Notes under the pieces: generated by a model
The model's database searches: none
The model's input: only the letters and a program-made list of their open reading frames with translations
What the model was told of the DNA's origin: nothing
In this document: positions 53,794 through 62,337 of the stretch, piece by piece
Layout: every line of letters starts with the position of its first letter
Position numbering within the stretch: position 1 is the stretch's first letter
Source of the DNA: Patescibacteria group bacterium
GTDB taxonomy: Bacteria > Patescibacteriota > Patescibacteriia > Patescibacteriales > JBAZCA01
Assembly: GCA_041661405.1 (NCBI GenBank)
Contig: JBAZUL010000007.1
Location: 10,222-74,221, forward strand
Direction: 5' to 3'
Length of the DNA: 64,000 nt
Made by a program: the position numbers and the translations under genes

Positions 53794-54468
53794 ATGATTA
53801 AACTCGTCGCTTTTGACTGGAATGGAACACTGTTTGCCGATACCCAGGCTATCCTTAAGGCGATGAACATCATCGCGAAAGCCTACGGCCTTAGGAAAAT
53901 GAGTTTGCTTCAATACCAGAAGACTTTTGAAATTCCCATTTCAAAATTTTGGACGGCAAACGGATTTACAAAAAAGTTGTTTGAAAAAGAAGGTGAGAAT
54001 GTCCAGAAAATATTTATTGAAAGTTATGAGCCGCTGGCCGACAAATGCCGAACCCGGGGCGGAGCTAAGCAAGTTTTGGGGGATTTAAAAAAACGAAAAA
54101 TTAAAGCTGTCATTTACAGCAATCACACGCGGCCGGATATTCATCGGCAGGCAAGCCGCTTAAAAATTGACGGCCATTTATCGCGGATTCTCGCGCGCGA
54201 ACATGGCGACCATTCCCATTTGCACGGAAGAAGCAAGGAAGAAAAGTTAGTGCAATATATTAAAGAGCATAAGATTAAACCAAAAGAAGTAATGACTGTC
54301 GGCGATACTCCGGAAGAGATTGAAATCGGGAAAAATCACGGATTTATAACAGTCGCTATAACCGGCGGTTACAGCACGGTTGGCAGAATAAAAAAACACA
54401 ATCCTGATTATTTAATTCATAATCTCAAAGAGCTGGCGGGGATAATTAAAAAATTGAACAAAAAATAA
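53794..54468 (+). CDS. HAD-superfamily hydrolase (phosphoglycolate phosphatase-like) embedded in the pur cluster
   Basis: Motif I reads FDWNGTL (DxN instead of DxD). Motif II is VIYSNH. Motif III/IV is K...GDTPEEIEIG. Confidence 0.65.
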   Translation: MIKLVAFDWNGTLFADTQAILKAMNIIAKAYGLRKMSLLQYQKTFEIPISKFWTANGFTKKLFEKEGENVQKIFIESYEPLADKCRTRGGAKQVLGDLKKRKIKAVIYSNHTRPDIHRQASRLKIDGHLSRILAREHGDHSHLHGRSKEEKLVQYIKEHKIKPKEVMTVGDTPEEIEIGKNHGFITVAITGGYSTVGRIKKHNPDYLIHNLKELAGIIKKLNKK

Positions 54469-54471
54469 TTT

Positions 54472-54960
54472 ATGAAACCATTAGTTGGCATTTTAATGGG
54501 ATCGGATAGCGATTTGCCGGTCATGGAAGCGACCGGAAAAATTTTAAAAGAATTTGGAGTGGAATATGAAATAACGGTTTGTTCGGCGCATCGCACGCCG
54601 GATCGGGCTCGCGAATATGCTGTTAATGCCCGGGAACGCGGTTTGAAAGTTATTATCGCCGGGGCTGGCGGAGCGGCGCACTTGGCCGGAGTCCTTGCCG
54701 CTTCCACAATATTGCCCGTCATCGGCGTGCCGATTCATTCTAAATTGGACGGCCTGGATTCGCTCCTTTCCACCTTGCAAATGCCCTCCGGTATTCCGGT
54801 GGCGACAGTAGCGATTGACGGCGCGAAAAACGCCGGGATTCTGGCGGTAGAGATTTTAGCGACATCGGATGATGGGCTAGCGGAAAAATTAGCGGATTAT
54901 AAAAAGAAGATGGCCGAGGAGGTTAATGAGAAGGCGAGGAAGGTTGAGAAAAATAACTAA
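54472..54960 (+). CDS. purE: AIR carboxylase / N5-CAIR mutase PurE
   Basis: [21 protein letters not shown] and [13 protein letters not shown]. The class (I or II) was not determined. Confidence 0.9.
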   Translation: MKPLVGILMGSDSDLPVMEATGKILKEFGVEYEITVCSAHRTPDRAREYAVNARERGLKVIIAGAGGAAHLAGVLAASTILPVIGVPIHSKLDGLDSLLSTLQMPSGIPVATVAIDGAKNAGILAVEILATSDDGLAEKLADYKKKMAEEVNEKARKVEKNN

Positions 54961-54964
54961 AACT

Positions 54965-56080
54965 ATGCAAAAATCCGAATACGCGAAATCGGGAGTGGAC
55001 TATACGGTTATGGAGCCGTTTAAGATGGCAATGATCAGCGCTGGAAAAAAGACCTTGCATTTTCCGGAAAAGCGGAATGTGTTCATCGTGAAAGACGCTA
55101 TTCACGCCCATGGCGCGGTTTTTGAATACCGAGGCAAGGATCAGCCGATCTGGTGCAAGACCCAGGAAGACTTGGGCAATAAAAATTGGATTGCCGAATG
55201 GATGTATCAAAATACCGGAAAAACTTTTTATGACTCAATTGCCATTGACACCGCGCTTATCGTGGTAAACGACGTGATCGCCCAAGGCGCTATGCCTGTT
55301 GTGTTTAATGATCAGTTGGAAGCGTCGTCCAGCGAATGGTATGGGGACGAAAAACGGGCTAAAGATTTTGCCGATGGCCTCATGCGAATCTGCGAAGAAG
55401 TGGGGATGGCTCTGCCGGCCGGCGAATCAGCCAGCTGTAAATATTTAATCAATCCAAAACCGCCAGTCAAAGAAATTGCCGCTCTTTCCGGTTCAGTAAC
55501 AGGAATTATCGCCCCGCGGGTAAATCTTATTACCGGACGCGATTTGCAGGCCGGAGATCATATTATTGCCGTTGCTTCGTCCGGTCTCCATGCCAACGGA
55601 ATTTCATTGGTTATCAGGAAAGCCTTGGAATTGCCGGAACAATTTTTAACTAAACTGCCGAACGGGAAAACTTTAGGCGAAGAAGCTTTAATCCCGACTC
55701 GGTCTTATGTGAAATTAATTGAAATAATTTTGGAACATAAAATTAAAATCCACGCCCTGCTTCCCGGCACCGGCGACGGAGTAGGAAAAATCGCTTTTGA
55801 CAAGCGCCGCTTTACCTACCGGCTTCATTCCTGGCTTCCCATCCCGCCGCTTATGCGCTATTTTCGCGAGAGCCTGGATGTCCCGATTAAAGACTGCTTA
55901 AAAACTTTTAACTGGGGCGCGGGTTATTATATTTACGCCGCCGCTGACCAGGTGGATGATATTCTGACAATCGGCAAACAGGCCGGATACGCGCTGGCTG
56001 ACGTGGGCATCGTGGAAGAAGGGAAAAGACAAGTAATTTTTGAACCCGAAAAAATCACTCTGGCGCCGCCGGGGGAGTAG
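54965..56080 (+). CDS. purM: phosphoribosylformylglycinamidine cyclo-ligase (PurM-like, divergent)
   Basis: YAKSGVDY, IAIDTALIVVNDVIAQGAMPVVF, AVASSGLHANGISLV, LIPTRSY and TFNWGAGY align with E. coli PurM blocks. ATG 54965; the track ORF extends upstream into purE. Confidence 0.75.
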   Translation: MQKSEYAKSGVDYTVMEPFKMAMISAGKKTLHFPEKRNVFIVKDAIHAHGAVFEYRGKDQPIWCKTQEDLGNKNWIAEWMYQNTGKTFYDSIAIDTALIVVNDVIAQGAMPVVFNDQLEASSSEWYGDEKRAKDFADGLMRICEEVGMALPAGESASCKYLINPKPPVKEIAALSGSVTGIIAPRVNLITGRDLQAGDHIIAVASSGLHANGISLVIRKALELPEQFLTKLPNGKTLGEEALIPTRSYVKLIEIILEHKIKIHALLPGTGDGVGKIAFDKRRFTYRLHSWLPIPPLMRYFRESLDVPIKDCLKTFNWGAGYYIYAAADQVDDILTIGKQAGYALADVGIVEEGKRQVIFEPEKITLAPPGE

Positions 56081-56117
56081 GAAATTGGTTTTGAATATAA
56101 TTTTATTAAACTCCAGT

Positions 56118-57083
56118 ATGAATAATCAGACTATTAAACAAAACTTAACCCGCGTTATTGAAAAAACCAATTTCTCTGATCTTGGCGAGCGGCGGCAGGG
56201 TAAAGTCAGGGATATTTATACTCAGCCCGATAAAATTATTTTAGTTTCCACCGACCGCTATTCGGCTTTTGACCGGAACTTGGCTTTAGTTCCGTTTAAG
56301 GGGCAGATACTGACGCAGACGAGTAAGTGGTGGTTTTCCCATACTAAGGACATTATTCAAAATCATATTATTGCTTCGCCTGACGCGAACGCGGTAGTGG
56401 TAAAAAAATGCAAGGTTATTCCGATTGAGGTTGTTGTCCGCGGCTATATTACCGGCGTGACCGGGACTTCTCTCTGGACATTATATCAGGCCGGCCAAAG
56501 GGATTTTGGCGATTTTACTCTGCCGGACGGCATGAAAAAGAATGAGAAATTGCCGGAGCCGGTCTTAACTCCGACCACTAAGTCCGACGAACATGACCGG
56601 CCGATTTCTTCCAAACAGATCGTAGAAGAAAAAATTCTGCCCGAAGAACTGTGGGACAAAATCGCGGCTACGGCGCTAAAGCTGTTCACGCGCGGACAAG
56701 AGCTGGCTTTGGCCAATGGATTGATATTAGTTGACACTAAATATGAATTCGGTCTGGATGAGAATAACGAATTAACGCTAATTGACGAGATTCATACGCC
56801 CGATTCTTCGCGCTATTGGCAGGCGGATTCATATCAGGCAAGAATTGATCAGGGTATGGAGCCGGAAAATTTTGACAAAGAATTTTTGCGGCTTTGGTTC
56901 AAAGCCAATTCTAATCCTTACGAAGATGAAGTTTTGCCTCCGGCCCCGGCTGACATGATCGCCGAACTTTCCTCGCGCTACATTCGGATTTATGAGCAGA
57001 TTACGGGAGAAAAATTAGCGGCGGATTTAGAAACGCCGGTACTGGAAAGGATTGAGAAAAATCTGGCCATGTACAAGATCTGA
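56118..57083 (+). CDS. purC: SAICAR synthetase (long form)
   Basis: GKVRDIY, ILVSTDRYSAFD, IEVVVRGYITG, LVDTKYEFG and DEIHTPDSSRYW. ATG 56118. Confidence 0.85.
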   Translation: MNNQTIKQNLTRVIEKTNFSDLGERRQGKVRDIYTQPDKIILVSTDRYSAFDRNLALVPFKGQILTQTSKWWFSHTKDIIQNHIIASPDANAVVVKKCKVIPIEVVVRGYITGVTGTSLWTLYQAGQRDFGDFTLPDGMKKNEKLPEPVLTPTTKSDEHDRPISSKQIVEEKILPEELWDKIAATALKLFTRGQELALANGLILVDTKYEFGLDENNELTLIDEIHTPDSSRYWQADSYQARIDQGMEPENFDKEFLRLWFKANSNPYEDEVLPPAPADMIAELSSRYIRIYEQITGEKLAADLETPVLERIEKNLAMYKI

Positions 57084-57127
57084 CGTGAAAAATTTTAAGC
57101 ACTAATGATAATTTTGAAATAATTTTT

Positions 57128-58519
57128 ATGAATCCATTGCAAAATATTTCTCCCATAGACGGCCGCTATAGGAAATACACTGAGCCGCTAGTCCCGTTCT
57201 TTAGCGAAGCCGCCGGAATGAAATACAAAATTCTGATGGAGTGCGAGTATTTAATCGCGCTTTCGGAAACGGACGGCGTTAAAGCGCCAAAGCTTAACGA
57301 GGCGAAAAAAACGGCGATCAGGAAGATTTATGAAAATTTTTCCGAAGCTGACGCAAAGCTGATAAGCGATATAGAATTGAAAGGGCGCGGAAAAATCAAG
57401 GCCACTAACCATGATTTTAAGGCCATGGAATATTTTATTAAGGAAAAACTCGCGAAAAACGGTTTGGCTTCCTGCGCCGAATGGGTTCATTTTGGCCTTA
57501 CTTCCGAAGACGCGGGCAACATCGCCTATGGCCTTATGGTTTCCGAAAGCCTGAGGAATGTAATAATTCCGGCCATGGAAAAAATTATTTCTCAAATTAA
57601 AAGTCTGGCCCGGGCAGGGAAGGACGCCCCGATGCTCGCCCGGACGCACGGCCAGCCGGCCTCGCCAACGACCTTTGGCAAAGAATTTAAAATTTACGAA
57701 GCGCGGCTTGAGCGTCTGGTGAAAAAAATAAAAAGCCACAAGATCCAGGCCAAGCTAAACGGCGCGACCGGAAATTATAACGCCTTGGTTGCCGCCTTTC
57801 CTAAGGTTGACTGGATTAAATTTTCCGGAAATTTTATCCGGCAGATAAACAAGCAAAGGAAAACCGGACTGGAAGTTAACCTGTTAACCACCCAAATTGA
57901 ACCGCATGACAGCTATGCGGAGCTGTTTGATATTTTAAGGCGCGTTAATACGGTTTTAACCGGACTGGATCAGGATTTATGGCGCTACATATCAGACGGC
58001 TGGATCAGCCAAAAACCGGTCGCGGGCGAAGTCGGTTCTTCTACCATGCCACATAAAATCAATCCTTGGTTTTTAGAAAACAGCGAAGGCAATCTTGGCA
58101 TGGCTAACGCGATGCTGGGGTTCTTTTCGGCTAAACTGCCAATCTCCCGCTTGCAAAGGGATTTGTCCGATTCAACGGTTTTAAGAAATATCGGCGTTGC
58201 TTTCGGACACAGCCTGATTGGATATAAATATTTGGGGAGGCAGATTGAACGGATCGCGATAAACAAAGAGAAAGCTCTGGCTGATTTAAAAAGCCATCCC
58301 GAAGTAGTTGCCGAAGCGATTCAGACCGTATTGCGAAGGGAAGGGGCGCCAATGCCCTACGAACAGCTAAAAAACCTGACCCGGGGACGCAAGCTAGGGA
58401 TTGAGGATTTTCATGAATTTATTGACGGCCTGGAAGTATCTGAAGCAGTAAAAAAAGAGCTGAAAAAAATCCGGCCGGAAAATTACCTTGGCCTTGCCGC
58501 GAAGCTCGCCAGTCTTTGA
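57128..58519 (+). CDS. purB: adenylosuccinate lyase
   Basis: SPIDGRY, HFGLTSEDA, the fumarate-lyase signature GSSTMPHKINP, and RDLSDS. Confidence 0.9.
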   Translation: MNPLQNISPIDGRYRKYTEPLVPFFSEAAGMKYKILMECEYLIALSETDGVKAPKLNEAKKTAIRKIYENFSEADAKLISDIELKGRGKIKATNHDFKAMEYFIKEKLAKNGLASCAEWVHFGLTSEDAGNIAYGLMVSESLRNVIIPAMEKIISQIKSLARAGKDAPMLARTHGQPASPTTFGKEFKIYEARLERLVKKIKSHKIQAKLNGATGNYNALVAAFPKVDWIKFSGNFIRQINKQRKTGLEVNLLTTQIEPHDSYAELFDILRRVNTVLTGLDQDLWRYISDGWISQKPVAGEVGSSTMPHKINPWFLENSEGNLGMANAMLGFFSAKLPISRLQRDLSDSTVLRNIGVAFGHSLIGYKYLGRQIERIAINKEKALADLKSHPEVVAEAIQTVLRREGAPMPYEQLKNLTRGRKLGIEDFHEFIDGLEVSEAVKKELKKIRPENYLGLAAKLASL

Positions 58520-58608
58520 TATTGGACATTTCAGGAGTAGTTTGCTAAGATAAGGGAAGTTTTGAGCTTATCAGATTATCATGTTTAAAATTAAATAATT
58601 TTTAAAAT

Positions 58609-59160
58609 ATGCGTAAAATCTGGAGACGAGCCAAACCGAAACTGGAGAAAAGATTCAGGGTTAACGAGTATATCCGCATACCCCAGGTTTTTTTAATTGA
58701 CGAAAGCAATGAGCGCGTTGGAGTAGTTTCCATAGAGGAAGCGAGAAAAAGGGCTGAGGAAGCCGGACTGGATTTGGTGGAAGTGGATCCGACGCCAAAC
58801 CCGTCGGTTGTCCGCATCATGGATTTTGGCCAGTTCAAATATACCCAGGAAAAGAAATCCAAAGCCAACCAAAAAAACAAAGCGGCTGAGCAAAAAATCA
58901 TCCGCCTTACCGTCCGCATCGGCAAGCATGACTTTGACGTCCGGGTGGACCAGGCCGTAAAATTCCTTAAAAAAGGCCATCCGCTCCTCGTCATGTTGCA
59001 GTTAAAGGGTCGGGAAAAGGCTTATCCGCAAAAAGGCGAGGAAACTATGAAAGAATTTATCGCCGCCCTGGAGCTTGTTCCGGACATGAACCTGGTCCGC
59101 ATTGAAGACTTGACAAGGAAGGGCGGAAGATTTACAATAGAGCTATCCAATAAAAAGTAG
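58609..59160 (+). CDS. infC: translation initiation factor IF-3
   Basis: RVNEYIRIPQVFLIDESNERVGVVSIEEARKRAEEAGLDLVEV. It is followed by rpmI-rplT. Confidence 0.9.
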   Translation: MRKIWRRAKPKLEKRFRVNEYIRIPQVFLIDESNERVGVVSIEEARKRAEEAGLDLVEVDPTPNPSVVRIMDFGQFKYTQEKKSKANQKNKAAEQKIIRLTVRIGKHDFDVRVDQAVKFLKKGHPLLVMLQLKGREKAYPQKGEETMKEFIAALELVPDMNLVRIEDLTRKGGRFTIELSNKK

Positions 59161-59216
59161 TTCTTCCGTTGACAATCAGGTGAATACCTGTTTTTTTATT
59201 AGCTCAATAAATAAAT

Positions 59217-59414
59217 ATGGGAAAGATAAAAACCCACAAAGCTACGGCTAAAAGATTTAAAATAACCAAAAATAAAAAAGTCCTGAAGCGGAAAGCCGGT
59301 CAGGGCCATTTTAACGCCCGCGAATCAGGAACCGTAAAACGCCGCAAAAGGCGGGATATTTTGCTCTCAAAGAGCGACGTGAAAAATATCAGGCTGATGA
59401 TGCCGTATAATTAA
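59217..59414 (+). CDS. rpmI: 50S ribosomal protein L35
   Basis: MGKIKTHKATAKRFKITKNKKVLKRKAGQGH. 65 aa. Confidence 0.9.
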   Translation: MGKIKTHKATAKRFKITKNKKVLKRKAGQGHFNARESGTVKRRKRRDILLSKSDVKNIRLMMPYN

Positions 59415-59419
59415 ATTTT

Positions 59420-59767
59420 ATGCCAAGAGTAAAACGAGCGAAAATCCATGTAAAAAAGCGGAGAAAGCTTTTTGCTAAAACCAAAGGTTATAAATGGCGG
59501 CGGAAAAATACCGTCAAACAGGCCAAAGAGGCGGTTGTTAAAGCCGGCGTTCATGCTTACGTTGACCGGAGAAAAAAGAAAAGGACCGCCCGCGGTCTAT
59601 GGCAGATCCGGATCGGCGCCATGGTCAAAAATTACGGCCTCTCTTACTCAAAGTTCATGGGCGCCCTGAAAAAGAATAACATTGCTCTGGATCGGAAAGT
59701 TCTTTCCGACCTGGCGGTTAATGATAAAAAGGTTTTTGAAAAAATCATTGAAAAGGTTAAGGCTTAA
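59420..59767 (+). CDS. rplT: 50S ribosomal protein L20
   Basis: MPRVKRAKIHVKKRRKLFAKTKGY...RRKKKRTARGLWQIRI. Confidence 0.9.
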   Translation: MPRVKRAKIHVKKRRKLFAKTKGYKWRRKNTVKQAKEAVVKAGVHAYVDRRKKKRTARGLWQIRIGAMVKNYGLSYSKFMGALKKNNIALDRKVLSDLAVNDKKVFEKIIEKVKA

Positions 59768-59790
59768 TTGCCGCTCATTTCGCGCCTAAT

Positions 59791-60018
59791 ATGAAGTATC
59801 TTCAAATAGCCCAGCCGATTATCGCCATTCTCCTCGTAGTTTCCATTCTGATGCAGAACCGGGAATCCGGGTTGTCAGGCGTTTTTGGCGGCGGCGGCAC
59901 GGTCTTTCGGACCAAGCGGGGACTGGAAAAAATACTGTTCACCGCTACTATTATTTTAGCCGCAATTTTTATCGGAATTTCTCTCGCAAGCCTGGTTTTC
60001 GGTTCCCAAGGCGCGTAA
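59791..60018 (+). CDS. secG: preprotein translocase subunit SecG
   Basis: 75 aa with two TM helices flanking LMQNRESGLSGVFGGGG. Confidence 0.75.
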   Translation: MKYLQIAQPIIAILLVVSILMQNRESGLSGVFGGGGTVFRTKRGLEKILFTATIILAAIFIGISLASLVFGSQGA

Positions 60019-60125
60019 GGCAGGATGCGGCGGGCAACTCCCGCGGAAAAATTTTCCGGGACTTGAATTTTTGCCCGGATATGTTATTATAAATATAACA
60101 TCGGGCTTCTAATTTTAAGATTATT

Positions 60126-62078
60126 GTGGACTCTAAAAAAAATAAAATTTTTTCTATTTTCAGCGCGCTAAAAGCCTCGTTTTCCTTTAACGGGATTAAG
60201 GGTTTGTTTTACCGTTTGCCGGGGATGAAAAAAGACGCCGCCCGAGCCCAGGATGAAATAGACAAAAAACTGGTTTATTCCATGTCCCGTTCAAGAGTTC
60301 CGAGCCTTAGACAGGTTAAATACATTAAAATGTATCTTAGCCCGAAGGAGGGTATCGTAATGAAAGTCTGTTTGGCGATAATATTTTTCAATCTTTTATT
60401 TTTGGGAGGAAGATTTTACAAAAACCATCTGAAAGTCGTCCCAAAGATCGGCGGCGAATACCGCGAAGGCCTGGTCGGCAGTCCGAAATATATCAACCCG
60501 CTCTTCGCTTCAACCAACGACGTTGACAGCGATATTAGCCAGCTCGTATTTTCCTCGCTTTTTAAAAGGGATAATGAAGGAAAAATCACGGGCGATCTGG
60601 CGGAAAATTACAAAGTAAGCCCGGACGGAAAAAAGTACAGCTTAAAGATTCGATCCGGCGCCAAATGGCATAATGGAAACGATTTGACGGTTGACGATAT
60701 TGTCTTCACTTTTGGCGCCATAAAAGACAGCGAATTCAAGTCAACCCTCCACTCAAGCTTCGGCGGGGTGGAAATTGAGAAAATCGACGAAGAGAATATC
60801 AGTTTTAATCTGTCCGAACCTTACGCCCCGTTCATTGAGCTTTTAACTTTCGGGATATTGCCCCGGGATATCTGGGAGCAGATTCCTCCGGCCTCGGCGC
60901 GGCTGGCTGAACTGAATTTAAAACCGATCGGTTCCGGACCCTACAGATTCAAGTCGCTCTTAAAAGACAAGAATGGCAACATCAAGGCCGTGAACCTGTC
61001 ATTAAATGAAGATTATTACGGCAAAAAGCCATATATCAAAGAGCTGACTTTTTCCTTCTTCCCTAATTACGAAGAAATGGTGGCAGGGATAAACGGCAAC
61101 CAGATTGACGGCATGAACTACCTTCCCCCGAGCCTCATGAAAGATATTGCCGCCCGGGATTCTTACAACCTGAAAAAAATCAACCTGCCCCAACTCACGG
61201 CTTTGTTTTTCAATCCGGCCAATAACGCATTTCTGGCGGATAAGCGGGTAAGGAAAGCTCTCGCCCTGGCTATGCCAAAGGAAGAAATCATGAAAGGGAT
61301 TTTCAACCAGGACGATTATAAGCTTATATATTCGCCGATTTCGTCCGACACCCCATATTATTTTGACGGAGTAAATAAATACGGATTTAATTTTGAGGCG
61401 GCGGCAAAGGGTTTTATTGAGGCCGGATGGAAGATTGAGGAAATAAATGAAGAAGCAATCCGGAAAGCCGGGGAGGAAAAAGAGTCCGAAGACGCGGCCG
61501 TTAGAGCCAAGGCCGAGGCGGTCTTGGAGCAGGGAGCGGGAAAATGGCTAAAAAACGAAGGCGGAAAATATTTTAACTTGAAGATCACTACCGTTGAATC
61601 GGAGGATAACTCCCGGTTGGCCGAAGCCATCCGGACAAATTGGGAAAAAGCCGGTATCAAAGTTATTGTGGAACTTATTCCGGCCGGGCAGATCCAGAGC
61701 CAGGTCCGCGCTAAAAGTTATGAATCTTTATTATACGGGATTACTCTAGGCCCTGATCCGGATTGTTACGCCTATTGGCATTCCACCCAGGCCGAGAAAG
61801 GGTTGAACCTCGCCAATTATAGCAATAAAACCGTTGACGCGCTCCTGGAAGACGGCCGGGTGGCGCTGGATGCGGAAATACGCAAAGGGAAGTATAAGCA
61901 GTTCCAGGAAATAATTTCCGATGAGGAGCCGGCCATATTCATTTATTCGCCTTTTTACAATTATATTCAGGATAAGAAAATAAAGAATTCCAATACCGTA
62001 AAAATTTACAATCCTTCGGATCGGTTTTCAGGGATTAGCGAATGGTACATAAAGACCGAAAAGAAAATTGTCTGGTAG
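60126..62078 (+). CDS. ABC transporter substrate-binding protein, family 5 (peptide/nickel type), membrane-anchored
   Basis: GGEYREGLVGSPKYINPLF, KWHNGNDLTVDDIVFTF and GSGPYRF. A TM helix lies at aa 80-97. The start is uncertain (GTG 60126 or a downstream ATG). Confidence 0.75.
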   Translation: MDSKKNKIFSIFSALKASFSFNGIKGLFYRLPGMKKDAARAQDEIDKKLVYSMSRSRVPSLRQVKYIKMYLSPKEGIVMKVCLAIIFFNLLFLGGRFYKNHLKVVPKIGGEYREGLVGSPKYINPLFASTNDVDSDISQLVFSSLFKRDNEGKITGDLAENYKVSPDGKKYSLKIRSGAKWHNGNDLTVDDIVFTFGAIKDSEFKSTLHSSFGGVEIEKIDEENISFNLSEPYAPFIELLTFGILPRDIWEQIPPASARLAELNLKPIGSGPYRFKSLLKDKNGNIKAVNLSLNEDYYGKKPYIKELTFSFFPNYEEMVAGINGNQIDGMNYLPPSLMKDIAARDSYNLKKINLPQLTALFFNPANNAFLADKRVRKALALAMPKEEIMKGIFNQDDYKLIYSPISSDTPYYFDGVNKYGFNFEAAAKGFIEAGWKIEEINEEAIRKAGEEKESEDAAVRAKAEAVLEQGAGKWLKNEGGKYFNLKITTVESEDNSRLAEAIRTNWEKAGIKVIVELIPAGQIQSQVRAKSYESLLYGITLGPDPDCYAYWHSTQAEKGLNLANYSNKTVDALLEDGRVALDAEIRKGKYKQFQEIISDEEPAIFIYSPFYNYIQDKKIKNSNTVKIYNPSDRFSGISEWYIKTEKKIVW

Positions 62079-62086
62079 AATAAAAT

Positions 62087-62170
62087 GGGCGAGTGGTGAA
62101 ACTGGCAGACACGCAGCGTTCAGGGCGCTGTGAGAGCGATCTCGTGGAGGTTCAAATCCTCTCTCGCCCA
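62087..62170 (+). tRNA. tRNA-Leu (CAG)
   Basis: GGGCGAGTGGTGAAACTGGCAGACACGCAGCGTTCAGGGCGCTGTGAGAGCGATCTCGTGGAGGTTCAAATCCTCTCTCGCCCA. Long variable arm. Anticodon loop TTCAGGG. Confidence 0.85.
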
Positions 62171-62199
62171 CTATAAAAAGTTTGGCTCGCAAACTGGAA

Positions 62200-62245
62200 T
62201 CCCGCATGCCTTGCGGCTGCGGGATGATTTGCTCGCACGCAAATC
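62200..62245. repeat. dispersed double-hairpin repeat, copy C
   Basis: TCCCGCATGCC-TTGC-GGCTGCGGGA, then TGATTTGC-TCGCAC-GCAAATCA. It lies just 3' of tRNA-Leu. Confidence 0.7.
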
Positions 62246-62337
62246 AAATTTAACTCTCTTAAATAACTAACTGGTCACTGATTTCTGATAAGACATCACT
62301 CATCACTGATCATCATTAACAGCAAGTATGATTACAA

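Noticed and set aside
54926-56117. Upstream-extended starts of purM (54926) and purC (56040) given in the ORF track
   Set aside because: The extensions overlap the preceding genes and encode basic junk sequence. The conserved N-termini begin at ATG 54965 (MQKSEYAKSGVDY) and ATG 56118 (MNNQTIKQ).
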